From Polyangiaceae bacterium (GTDB lineage: Bacteria > Myxococcota_A > Polyangia > Polyangiales > Polyangiaceae), in NCBI GenBank assembly GCA_044376115.1, contig JBILLK010000005.1:288001-352000 (forward strand): DNA of 64,000 nt. The letters are read 5' to 3'. Position numbers and translations under genes: made by a program. This document shows positions 28,323 to 37,105 of the stretch, piece by piece (position 1 is the first letter of the stretch; every line of letters starts with the position of its first letter). Below the pieces are notes generated by a model. That model saw nothing but the letters and a program-made list of their open reading frames with translations. It ran no database searches and was not told the DNA's origin.

Positions 28323-30005
28323 ATGGTGGACGCAGCAGACAACTCAGTGCGTGAGGCCCTACCCGAAAGCAGCGTCGATCTCGATGCGTTGCGCGGTACT
28401 CCGTATCGCATGTTGCGCAGCATCGGGCGCGGCCGCATGGGCGAGGTGGTGGAGGCCGAGCATCGCCGGCTCGGCAAGCTGCTCGTCGTCAAGCTGGTGC
28501 ACCCCGAGCTTGCGCTTCCTCATGCCGCCGAGCGACTCCGCGTCGAAGCGCAGATCCTCTCGCGGCTTTCGCATCCCAACTTGGTGGAGGTCAGCGATCT
28601 CGGGATCACCAAAGAAGGGAGGCCCTACTTGGTGATGGAGCGCCTCACCGGTCGCACCCTGCTGGACGAGGTGATCGCCCGCCGCTTTCTACCGCCCGAC
28701 GAGGCCGTGCAAATCGCCGCGGACGTGCTCTCGGCGCTGGAAGCGGCGCACGCCGCTGGCATCGTTCATCGCGACATCAAGAGCGAGAACGTCTTTCTGC
28801 ACAACGCCAGCGATTCGCGCGGCATCACCCGTCGCGTGGTCAAGCTGCTCGATTTTGGCGTGGCGAAGATCCTGGCCGGCGACCAAACGGTGGAGCCTTC
28901 GCGCTTCGCAACCGAAGAAGGCAGCGTGATCGGTACCCCGCGCTTTTGTTCGCCCGAACAAGCGCACGGTCGCTCCAAGATCGATCATCGCGCGGACATT
29001 TACGCCGTTGGTGGCATGCTCTTCACCATGGTCACGGGCCGCCGTCCGTTCGAACAAAGTGGCATGTTCGAGTTGATGCACGCGCATCTCTCGGAGCCGC
29101 CGCCGGTGCCCTCCTCGGTCGCTCCACAGCCCGTTCCCGCCGCGCTCGATGCGGCGATCTTGCGCGCCTTGGCCAAGAAGCCGGATGACCGTTTTCCCTC
29201 CGCCGCCGTGATGGCGCGCGCGTTGTGGGACGCCATTCAAGGTCCCGCCGCCTTCACGCCGGCCTTTGTCTCGGCTCCTCCCGGCGCGTCGCCCGCGTCG
29301 CCGCTCGGCCCATCCGCGTCGCCGATCACAACGCCGGTTGGTGCGAACCCTGCAGCGCCGGTCGCGGTGGTCCCAGCGCCATCTGCGGTCGCGGCACCGC
29401 CTTCGCTCTCCCCGTCCACGCTCGCCTCACCGTCGCCCATTGCCTCGCCACAAGCGGCAACCCCGGCGCAGACTCCTTCGCGCCGCGCGATGCACGGAAC
29501 GCACGTGCTCGATCGTGATTCTTTCTCGGCCCCACCGCGCTCCGCCGGCGCACCGATGAGCGGCACCCTCCCGCTCGACGCCTCCTCGCCGCTGGCGAGT
29601 CCCGCCGCTGCTGCTCCTGCGCTTGCTGCGGCTGTACCTGCCGCCTCACCGCTACCAGCGGCTCCGCCCAACGTAGGCGCGCCGCCGCCGTCCCCTGCCG
29701 CATTCATCCCGCAACCCACCACCGCACCGATGCCACGCATGAGCCGCTCGCAGTTGCCGGCCACAGCGCCTGGCGGTTACCCCGCCGTCAACGCGCACCA
29801 GGCGGGGCCGCAGGCGCCGCAGGGCGTGGTTTCGCCCGGCCATGCCCCGGGCCTGGCGCCTCTTCCAGTTCCACCGCCACAGCGCCCCGGCCCGTCGCCT
29901 GAAGCCGGCTTTGATCGCCTGCGTTTTGCGCTGATCTTCGCTGGCGCAACGCTGGTGATCGGCATCGTCACGATCATCCTCGTGCGCTTCGTTCTGCACC
30001 CCTGA
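28323..30005 (+). CDS. Hanks-type Ser/Thr kinase with Pro-rich linker and C-terminal TM
   Basis: GRGRMG, VVK, HRDIKSEN, DFG, SPE; C-terminal hydrophobic helix. Confidence 0.93.
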   Translation: MVDAADNSVREALPESSVDLDALRGTPYRMLRSIGRGRMGEVVEAEHRRLGKLLVVKLVHPELALPHAAERLRVEAQILSRLSHPNLVEVSDLGITKEGRPYLVMERLTGRTLLDEVIARRFLPPDEAVQIAADVLSALEAAHAAGIVHRDIKSENVFLHNASDSRGITRRVVKLLDFGVAKILAGDQTVEPSRFATEEGSVIGTPRFCSPEQAHGRSKIDHRADIYAVGGMLFTMVTGRRPFEQSGMFELMHAHLSEPPPVPSSVAPQPVPAALDAAILRALAKKPDDRFPSAAVMARALWDAIQGPAAFTPAFVSAPPGASPASPLGPSASPITTPVGANPAAPVAVVPAPSAVAAPPSLSPSTLASPSPIASPQAATPAQTPSRRAMHGTHVLDRDSFSAPPRSAGAPMSGTLPLDASSPLASPAAAAPALAAAVPAASPLPAAPPNVGAPPPSPAAFIPQPTTAPMPRMSRSQLPATAPGGYPAVNAHQAGPQAPQGVVSPGHAPGLAPLPVPPPQRPGPSPEAGFDRLRFALIFAGATLVIGIVTIILVRFVLHP

Positions 30006-30041
30006 TCTGGCGCTGGGACAGCCCATGCTCGATCGGCTACC

Positions 30042-32333
30042 TTGCGCCAGCTCGCCGTGAACAAGGGCCCCTCCTATCAGCCTGGTGACAAACTGCTCGA
30101 CGTTTACGTCGTGGAGCGCGTGCTTGGTGAAGGCGGCTTCAACGACGTGTATCTCGCCCGCCATCAGATCCTGCCGCGGCGGTATGCGATCAAAGTCCTG
30201 CGCTCCACCGTCGCGCAAACGCCGGCGGATCTCGAGCGGCTGCGCAGCCGCGTCGAGCGCGAGGCGATCGTCCTGGCACGCTTCGACCACCCCAACCTGC
30301 CGACGCTGCATGACATGCGGCTGGAGCAGGGCGCGCCGGTGCTCGTACTCGAGTATTTGGAGGGCAAAGACTTTGGCTACGTCTTGGATGCAACACGGCA
30401 GCTAGCCGTGCAAGATGCGCTTTACATAGGTATTGAGGTCGCCAAGCCACTATCCATCGCTCACCAACGGGAGATCGTTCACCGCGACATAAAGCCGGAG
30501 AACATCTTCTGCATGACCGAAGAACCGCCGGAGGGCAAAGCCGTCGTGCGCCTCTTGGATTTCGGCGCTTCGCGCTTGCTCGGTGAAACCAAGCGGCTCA
30601 CGCGCGAGAACTCGGTGATCGCTACCATGTATTACGTCGCGCCCGAGTCATTGCAGGGCGCCGGCAAGCCGGACCATCGCGTAGATATTTATGCACTGGG
30701 CCTGGTGTTGTGGGAGAGCTTGGCCGGCTTTCACCCGTTTGACCCAAGCGATCAAGGCGTGCCGGCCACCCGTATGGGCCTATTGCAAATGGACGAGCCG
30801 GTGCCCTACCTGCGTGACGTCCGGCCCGACGTGCCCACTCGCTTCGCCGACGTACTCGCGAAAATGGTGGCGAAGAACCCCGGGGAACGGCCCGCCACCA
30901 TGCAGAACGTCTATGACGAACTGTGGGCCGTGCTCTCCACCATGCAGCACAGCGCCGAACGAATGGGCCAGCGTTTGCCTTCCATTTTTACCCGACAGGG
31001 CATGCGGCTGCCTGACGGCCAGGTGGTCTCTTCGCGCAGGCACCGTCGGCGCACGGTCGAGCGCGGCGGCGCTGCGAGTTACGCTCTGTCCAGCTCCTCG
31101 GTTCCGACCGAGCGCCGCCAAAGCGACGCCGGGCCTGCGCCGGCCCAAGCCGGGCCCAACTCGGCTGCGAACCCCGGGCCCGCCGCTCGAATCTCCGCCT
31201 CGCCCGCTGCCACCCAAGAGAGCCCGCAGCTCCGCCGCTCGAGTGCCTCCGCTGTAGCCCTCCCAACGTTGCCCGCCTCGGCCGAGCAACAAGCCCGCGC
31301 TGCCGCCACTCCGCGCGGTACCGAGCTATTGCCCAATAGCCCATTAAACCGCCAAGACGAGGCCGAACCGCAGGTCAAACAGCTGCTCGAGTTGGCCCAA
31401 TCGCCCAACAAGCCTGGCCATCGCGAGGCCCTGGAGGCCGCGCTCGGGCATACCTCGCCTGCGGTGCGTAAGGCCGCAACCCAAGGGCTCTCACGCGCCA
31501 ATTCACCGCTTTCACGCACGGCGCTCGAACGTGCGCTGGCCAGCGAGCGCGATATCGAAGTGCGCAGCGTGATGGCGCTCACGCTCGACCTGATGGGGCC
31601 GGCCGCCCCAGCGCCAGGGCTCGGTGGCACCGTATCGATGAACGACGGCACGCGGCCCGCTGGCTTCCCATCACCCAGCCCGCAAGCCAAGCCCGCCGCC
31701 CCTCAACCGGCGCCCACGCTGAGTGAAGAACCCGACGGTGAAGCCACCTTCATCGCCCGCCTCGCCGCTTCCGCGCTCACGGCTCCGCGGCTGGAAGAAC
31801 GCGAGCGCTCGCTGATCGCGTTGCAACAATCCTCGCCCGTCCACGCCGAACGTGTGGCGCTCGCCAAGCAAGTGATCGATCCCTTCGATGCGCGCGGCCA
31901 GGCCATCGCGGAGCCCGTTCGCGTGGAAGGCTTGGCGCGGTTGCGCTCGGTCGGCGTCGATCAGTTCCTGCTGCAAGCGGTGATGCGCGGGTTGGCCCGC
32001 CCGCCGAGCGAGCGCATCCAACGTGAGTGTTTGCACGTCCTCGCCGAAGAGGGCGATCAACGCCATGCGGGCTTTCTCGAGCAAATGCGTCGGGATCAGG
32101 TGTTACCGCCGCCCTTTCTGAGCCTGCTCGATCAGGCGTTGCAGGCGCTCAGCGCACGCCCAGCGCGCAAAATCCCGCCGCTTTTGCCGCGCATCACCAC
32201 GGCGCCCATGGCCAAGCTCGCCCCAAGCCCGAAAAAAGGCCTGCGCAAACAGGACCTGATCGCCATCGTTTCAGCGTTGATCGTCGTGCTTTTGATTGTC
32301 GCTACGCTGCTTGGAATGAGGGCCTTTCAATGA
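30042..32333 (+). CDS. Hanks-type Ser/Thr kinase with HEAT-like repeats and C-terminal TM
   Basis: GEGGFN, AIK, HRDIKPEN, DFG, APE; HEAT-like ALGHTSPAVRKAATQGL and ERDIEVR; terminal TM. Start uncertain (30042 or 30057). Confidence 0.92.
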   Translation: MRQLAVNKGPSYQPGDKLLDVYVVERVLGEGGFNDVYLARHQILPRRYAIKVLRSTVAQTPADLERLRSRVEREAIVLARFDHPNLPTLHDMRLEQGAPVLVLEYLEGKDFGYVLDATRQLAVQDALYIGIEVAKPLSIAHQREIVHRDIKPENIFCMTEEPPEGKAVVRLLDFGASRLLGETKRLTRENSVIATMYYVAPESLQGAGKPDHRVDIYALGLVLWESLAGFHPFDPSDQGVPATRMGLLQMDEPVPYLRDVRPDVPTRFADVLAKMVAKNPGERPATMQNVYDELWAVLSTMQHSAERMGQRLPSIFTRQGMRLPDGQVVSSRRHRRRTVERGGAASYALSSSSVPTERRQSDAGPAPAQAGPNSAANPGPAARISASPAATQESPQLRRSSASAVALPTLPASAEQQARAAATPRGTELLPNSPLNRQDEAEPQVKQLLELAQSPNKPGHREALEAALGHTSPAVRKAATQGLSRANSPLSRTALERALASERDIEVRSVMALTLDLMGPAAPAPGLGGTVSMNDGTRPAGFPSPSPQAKPAAPQPAPTLSEEPDGEATFIARLAASALTAPRLEERERSLIALQQSSPVHAERVALAKQVIDPFDARGQAIAEPVRVEGLARLRSVGVDQFLLQAVMRGLARPPSERIQRECLHVLAEEGDQRHAGFLEQMRRDQVLPPPFLSLLDQALQALSARPARKIPPLLPRITTAPMAKLAPSPKKGLRKQDLIAIVSALIVVLLIVATLLGMRAFQ

Positions 32334-32388
32334 GGCCGTGCACAAACCTGAGCGCTGTGAGGGCGCTCGTGGAATGTTGGGTTAAGAG

Positions 32389-33156
32389 ATGAGTGAGGCG
32401 CGCCAAAACAAGTCGGAGCCGAGCGAGGAATTCGCGCGTGCGCTCGACCGCGATGAAGCGCGCCGGCTGGAGACTCGCCTTTTGACCGATAGCGCGTTGG
32501 CCGAGGCCGCCTTGCGCAAAACCGCCGCACCGGGCCAGCCCGTTCACAGCTCCCCGCTGCCGCCTTCGACGCTCAGCGCCGAGGAAGGCCTGCAAGACGG
32601 TCATCGCGTCAAAGCCGAGCGCCTCGAATCGCCCGCACAGCCCGCGCCTTCCGAGCCCGCGCCAACCCCGACTCCGTCCCCCGCTGCCTACGCGCCCGAA
32701 CGCGCAGAGGAGCCGGTTCCCGCCCCACCGATGCGGCGTGCGGCCGTGCGCGACCGCCGTTTCCTTTACCTCGCGGCCCTGGCCGTGGTTCTTCCCGTCG
32801 CGGTCCTCTTGATTTCGCGCGCCCTTCAGCCAGCCCCGCTTTTTCCGCCGCAAATGGCGCTGCCGCAGGCCTCGATGCGTCCGCCGCGGCCGCGGCCCAA
32901 TCAGCCCATGCCGCTGGTTCCCCCGGAGAAGGCTGGTCCCTCGGAGAATTTGCGCAGACCAACGTCCGCCACCGCGGCTGCGAGCGCGCAGCCTGAGGGC
33001 CCTGCTCCGCAAGCCTCGCCCACGGCAAGCCCTTCTCCGGCCACCACCGCTGCCGTGACGCCCCCCAAGCCGCCTGTAACCCCCACAGCCCCAACCAGCG
33101 CCTCGAGCGCACCCAATCCTCCCGGGGTGGAACCTTTCTTCAAACGTGCCCCTTAG
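32389..33156 (+). CDS. Single-TM Pro-rich membrane protein
   Basis: RDRRFLYLAALAVVLPVAVLLI TM, Pro/Ala/Thr-rich C-terminal tail. Confidence 0.7.
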   Translation: MSEARQNKSEPSEEFARALDRDEARRLETRLLTDSALAEAALRKTAAPGQPVHSSPLPPSTLSAEEGLQDGHRVKAERLESPAQPAPSEPAPTPTPSPAAYAPERAEEPVPAPPMRRAAVRDRRFLYLAALAVVLPVAVLLISRALQPAPLFPPQMALPQASMRPPRPRPNQPMPLVPPEKAGPSENLRRPTSATAAASAQPEGPAPQASPTASPSPATTAAVTPPKPPVTPTAPTSASSAPNPPGVEPFFKRAP

Positions 33157-34214
33157 TGCACAGACGAGAACCAGCTATGAATTGCAAGAGCGCTATGAAA
33201 AACGAAAGCAGTTCCGCCGAACCCGGTCGACTTGGCAGTCATTTGCGGTGGGGTCGTTGCCTGGTGATAGGCGCCTTATTGGCCGCCAGCCTATCTGTTA
33301 GTGGCCTGGCAAGCGGGGATGAGGTGGATACGCTGTTTGAGCAAGGGACCACCCACCTCGAGAAGGGTGAATACCCTGCTGCTTACGAGAAGCTGAGCGC
33401 AGCCTTCGAGAAGCGCAAGAGCGTAGACATCGCAGCCAACCTCGCCTTGGCCGAGGTGAAGACGGGCAAGAAGCGTGAGGCCGCAGAGCACCTCGCCTAC
33501 GGCCTCGCCAACTTCCCGGCCACCGGGGACCCGAAGGCCAAAGACCGTATGCAGGCCCAGCTCAATGAGCTCAAGAAGGGCCTGTGTGAGTTCCGTGTCA
33601 ACGCCGAGCAAGGCAGCACCGTCTTCGTTGGCAATGTCGCCGTTGGCCTCGCGCCGCTACAAACGCCGCTTTATCTGAACCCAGGCTCCACCACCATTCG
33701 CGTGGAACTATCGGGTAAAGCCGGTGAAAAGTCGGTCACCGCGGCCGCTGGTGATTCGCTCACCATCAAGGTGGAGCTCACCACCACCGTGGGCCCGGCG
33801 CCAACCGCTACGGCCACGCCAACCACCACCACCACCGCGCCGCCGCCTGTCGATGAGAAGCCGATCTGGCCGGCCATTTTACTTGGTAGTCTCGCCGGCG
33901 TCGGCGCTGGCGTCGGTATTGGTCTCACGGTGGTAGGCACTGGCAAGTACAGCAGCGCCCAAGATGCTCGCGACGCCTGCGTTACGGTAGACCAGGCTTG
34001 TGAGACGGCCGTGACCGATGAGTTCAGCGGCGCCAACGGGCTGCTCACCGGCGGCATCATCGGCCTCAGCGTGGCCGGTGCATCGCTCGCGGCGATGGTC
34101 ATTTACTTGGTTATCCCCGGCGGCTCCGAGGAGCCCGCCAAAGAGCAGAAGGCTTTGCTGTTGCCGGTGGTCGGCCCCGACCAAGCTGGCGCGCAATTCA
34201 CCCTTCGCTTCTGA
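33156..34214 (+). CDS. TPR plus PEGA-like domain protein
   Basis: Signal peptide, TPR (LFEQG...YPAAYEKL...AAEHL), PEGA-like (GSTVFVGNVAVGLAPL), hydrophobic hairpins, terminal ..FTLRF. Confidence 0.85.
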   Translation: MHRREPAMNCKSAMKNESSSAEPGRLGSHLRWGRCLVIGALLAASLSVSGLASGDEVDTLFEQGTTHLEKGEYPAAYEKLSAAFEKRKSVDIAANLALAEVKTGKKREAAEHLAYGLANFPATGDPKAKDRMQAQLNELKKGLCEFRVNAEQGSTVFVGNVAVGLAPLQTPLYLNPGSTTIRVELSGKAGEKSVTAAAGDSLTIKVELTTTVGPAPTATATPTTTTTAPPPVDEKPIWPAILLGSLAGVGAGVGIGLTVVGTGKYSSAQDARDACVTVDQACETAVTDEFSGANGLLTGGIIGLSVAGASLAAMVIYLVIPGGSEEPAKEQKALLLPVVGPDQAGAQFTLRF

Positions 34215-34251
34215 GCCTTTCGCTTACCTGCTTTATCGCCACAGAGGACCT

Positions 34252-35886
34252 ATGAAACTCCGAACCTGCATCCTAGCCGCCCTCACCCTCTCCGCCTGCT
34301 ACGGCGACGTCTGCGTCGAGTTCTTTGACGGCAAATGCCCCAGTGAAGGCGGAGCCGCAGGCACCGCCGGTACCGGAGGCGGCGGCTCAAACCCCGGAGG
34401 CGGCGGCGACGGCGGAATTGGTGGTAGCGGCGGGAACAACGGAGGCGGAGGCAACTCAGGTGGGGGCGGAGAGGGCGGCATGACGCCGACGCAATGCATC
34501 CCTGCTGAGGGCGTTACGATCGGTGCAGAGTGCGGAGTATTCGTCCAGGCCGGAGCTAGCGGTAACGGACAACAAGCCACGCCAACGGCCAACTTACAGA
34601 CCGCTGTGACGGCAGCTTCTGCCAACGGTAGCCGCTTTCGCAATGTCTATATCTGTGGCTCAGATAGCCTCGCTCAGACGGCTTCGCTCGTCGTTAATAA
34701 TGGCGTAAATATCTATGGTGGTCTCAATTGCGTAACCTGGGACTACAATGACGCAAACGTCCCAACGATCCAAGGCCCGGCCGACGTCGCTGCGGTGTTG
34801 GTGCAAAACGGCTCGAGCACTTTGCAAGGGCTAGCTGTCTCGGCGCCCAACGCCGGAGCTTTGGGCGCGAGTTCAATCGGCATTATCGTGGAAGGGTCGG
34901 CTGACCTCAGCTTGGTCTCGGCCAGCGTGACGAGCGGCAATGGACAACCCGGTGAGGCTGGAGAGCCGTTCACCATGATGGCGACTGCGGGCGTCCAGGG
35001 TGACCCTGGATTAGCTGGATGCGCTGGTATGGTCGGTTTGGCTGGTGGCTTCGGCGGAGATCAAACCAACTGCGTTGGTAGCTCTCCCACGGCCGGCGGC
35101 CCCGGAGGAGGGGGTACCAGCGGTACGAGCGGTGGCAACGGCAACCCTGGAGACGACTCAGGCGGTTTAGCCGGAGCTGGCCAATCGGGTGGTAGTTGCA
35201 CGAGCGGCCAATCTCCGGTGGACATCGCTGCCGCTGGGCCCGACGCAACGTCGGAAACGGCCTTGGGGACCTTAACCGTCAACGGCTATATCCCAGCGGC
35301 TCCCGGCTCTGGCGGAGTGGGAGTTGGCGGTAAGGGCGGTGGCGGCGGAGGCGGCGGAAAAGAGTGCACCGTTAACAGCAATATAGTTGGGCCCAGTGGC
35401 GGTGGTGGCGGCTCCGGTGGTTGTGGCGGTGCCGGGGGGCCTTCCGGTGCTGGTGGCGGTGCGAGTTTTGGCGTTGTTTTACTGGCCGGAGCCGGGCTAA
35501 CTATATCCGACAGTGTGGTCGCCGCCGGCAGCGGTGGCGTCGGTGGTGCCGGGGCACAGGGCCAGGAGGGCGGCAACGGCGGTCCCGGCGGCATCCAGGG
35601 CTTGTTGGTTATGGGCTCATCGAACCCCAACAACTCAGCCGCATGCGCCGGAGGAATTGGCGGGAAAGGCGGGGACGGCGGAGATGGCTCCGGCGGCGTT
35701 GGAGGTCCCGTCGCAGCGGTGGCCGCCGCAGCGGCTGGTCAAGTAACGCCGTCCGGAACCAATACTCTCTCCGCCGGAACACCTGGCTCCGGCGGCCCCG
35801 GCGCGGGTGCTGCCCCAATGGGCGCCACGGCGCAAAGTTGCATGGGCGTTATGCTGTTAGAAAGTGGGATTGGCACGTGTGAGTAG
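34252..35886 (+). CDS. Gly-rich (PGRS-like) lipoprotein
   Basis: AGAGG SD, ATG 34252, LSAC lipobox, extensive GGxGG runs with Cys pairs. Confidence 0.8.
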   Translation: MKLRTCILAALTLSACYGDVCVEFFDGKCPSEGGAAGTAGTGGGGSNPGGGGDGGIGGSGGNNGGGGNSGGGGEGGMTPTQCIPAEGVTIGAECGVFVQAGASGNGQQATPTANLQTAVTAASANGSRFRNVYICGSDSLAQTASLVVNNGVNIYGGLNCVTWDYNDANVPTIQGPADVAAVLVQNGSSTLQGLAVSAPNAGALGASSIGIIVEGSADLSLVSASVTSGNGQPGEAGEPFTMMATAGVQGDPGLAGCAGMVGLAGGFGGDQTNCVGSSPTAGGPGGGGTSGTSGGNGNPGDDSGGLAGAGQSGGSCTSGQSPVDIAAAGPDATSETALGTLTVNGYIPAAPGSGGVGVGGKGGGGGGGGKECTVNSNIVGPSGGGGGSGGCGGAGGPSGAGGGASFGVVLLAGAGLTISDSVVAAGSGGVGGAGAQGQEGGNGGPGGIQGLLVMGSSNPNNSAACAGGIGGKGGDGGDGSGGVGGPVAAVAAAAAGQVTPSGTNTLSAGTPGSGGPGAGAAPMGATAQSCMGVMLLESGIGTCE

Positions 35887-36050
35887 TGGCGATATCGGTA
35901 ATTGCCTCTAGCAAGCTGCAGCCCTCCGGTTCCGTGACTCCTTCTTCAGGGGCCTTCCCTCTCTTCATTCTCGAGTGGGACCCTCAACTTCAGCGTTGGG
36001 TTCCCCTAGGTGGCAAGACTCCGCCGGGCGGAATCAATTTAACGGTCTGA
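35886..36050 (+). CDS. Possible 54-aa ORF or toxin C-terminal remnant
   Basis: Manual translation (V/M)AISVIASSKLQPSGSVTPSSGAFPLFILEWDPQLQRWVPLGGKTPPGGINLTV*; overlaps the upstream stop (TAGTG) and the downstream start (TGATG). Confidence 0.35.
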   Translation: MAISVIASSKLQPSGSVTPSSGAFPLFILEWDPQLQRWVPLGGKTPPGGINLTV

Positions 36051-36952
36051 TGCACCCTCTCAAGTTCTTTACCCTGCTCCCCGGCTTTGCCTGCATCTTC
36101 GACGATACGCGGGACGCTCACGGTTACAGCACCTTCTTCGAACAATTCTTTGATGGGTTTCCACATAGGTATGTAGATTCGACCAACAAGATAAAGCCAG
36201 TCTCAGCTCGCAGCCGCGGGCTTGTTCGGCATTACTTGACCAAGTCGGATGAAAAAAAGCGGGTCGTCAAGAGCATTGAAGTTTTCGATGCGCATCCATC
36301 GGGCGACGGTTATGAGGGGCATGGCCTTCCGCTGTTTGGTCTCATTAACTTCTTCCGTGGAACAGAGCCCGATAACGGGCTAATGAGCAAGTGGTCATGC
36401 CAACGGATGTATTTGCCCGCGAACAGCGAAGCTATGTCATTGCTTGCCTGGACCCTCAAGGCTGCGCGGGCCTTCCCAATACGCTTTGGTGTGGGAGGGT
36501 TAACGCTTGCTCCAGCGTTCCCGAACTATGAGGGAGATCCAGCAGAGGCCTATCGTTTTTGCAAGCGCCATCCAGGGGTCATTTTCTGGACCTACGAGAC
36601 AAAGAAGGCGAAGCACGGTATCCGGGATACCAATTGGCTAACGCTGGTCACGAATAGCATTCTGAAGAAAGCTGGCGGTATCGAGGCTGCGCGCAAGAAG
36701 CTTTCTTCCGAGATTGTGCTGCATGAAGTGCGAGAGGGCTGGCTGTTTCAGGCGGGGCCTGAGCCGCTCCTAGGCGATTGCAAAGAGCCAACTGTAGACT
36801 TTCGACTTTACTCGGAAGTCGCCAAGTTTCTCAAACCTTGTCGGGACAAGACTGCTTTGTGGGGTCCCTACCAAAAGCCGGGCGAGTTTACCCATGAGGA
36901 GATGCTGGGATGGATAGCGCGGTTTGACGCCGGTAATCTCTACACGTACTGA
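36050..36952 (+). CDS. DUF3396 (TsiV-like) type VI secretion immunity family protein
   Basis: RHPG, IRDTNWLTLV, GGIEA, QAGPEPLLGD, Y..VAKFLKP, WIARFD; lower GC than the flanks. Confidence 0.85.
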   Translation: MHPLKFFTLLPGFACIFDDTRDAHGYSTFFEQFFDGFPHRYVDSTNKIKPVSARSRGLVRHYLTKSDEKKRVVKSIEVFDAHPSGDGYEGHGLPLFGLINFFRGTEPDNGLMSKWSCQRMYLPANSEAMSLLAWTLKAARAFPIRFGVGGLTLAPAFPNYEGDPAEAYRFCKRHPGVIFWTYETKKAKHGIRDTNWLTLVTNSILKKAGGIEAARKKLSSEIVLHEVREGWLFQAGPEPLLGDCKEPTVDFRLYSEVAKFLKPCRDKTALWGPYQKPGEFTHEEMLGWIARFDAGNLYTY

Positions 36953-37087
36953 GATACGGCAAGATCCGTAGCGCGCTAAGCGCTTGGAGCCGCTGAGGGG
37001 TGCGGCCGCTAAGGTCTCAATGACTGGCGAGCAAAAGGTCAAGAAGTCCTGACCCACAGCATGGCTCGCGCACGGGGCTCCGCCCTT

Positions 37088-37096
37088 TGCTATAAC
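37088..37096 (+). promoter_or_regulatory. Extended -10 promoter element (TGnTATAAC)
   Basis: tgctataac 9 nt upstream of ATG 37106; no SD, so possibly a leaderless or near-leaderless mRNA. Confidence 0.45.
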
Positions 37097-37105
37097 TCGC
37101 GCGCG

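Noticed and set aside
34500..37050. Prophage, IS or integrative element
   Set aside because: No integrase, transposase, tRNA target or terminal repeats found; kept only as a compositional anomaly.
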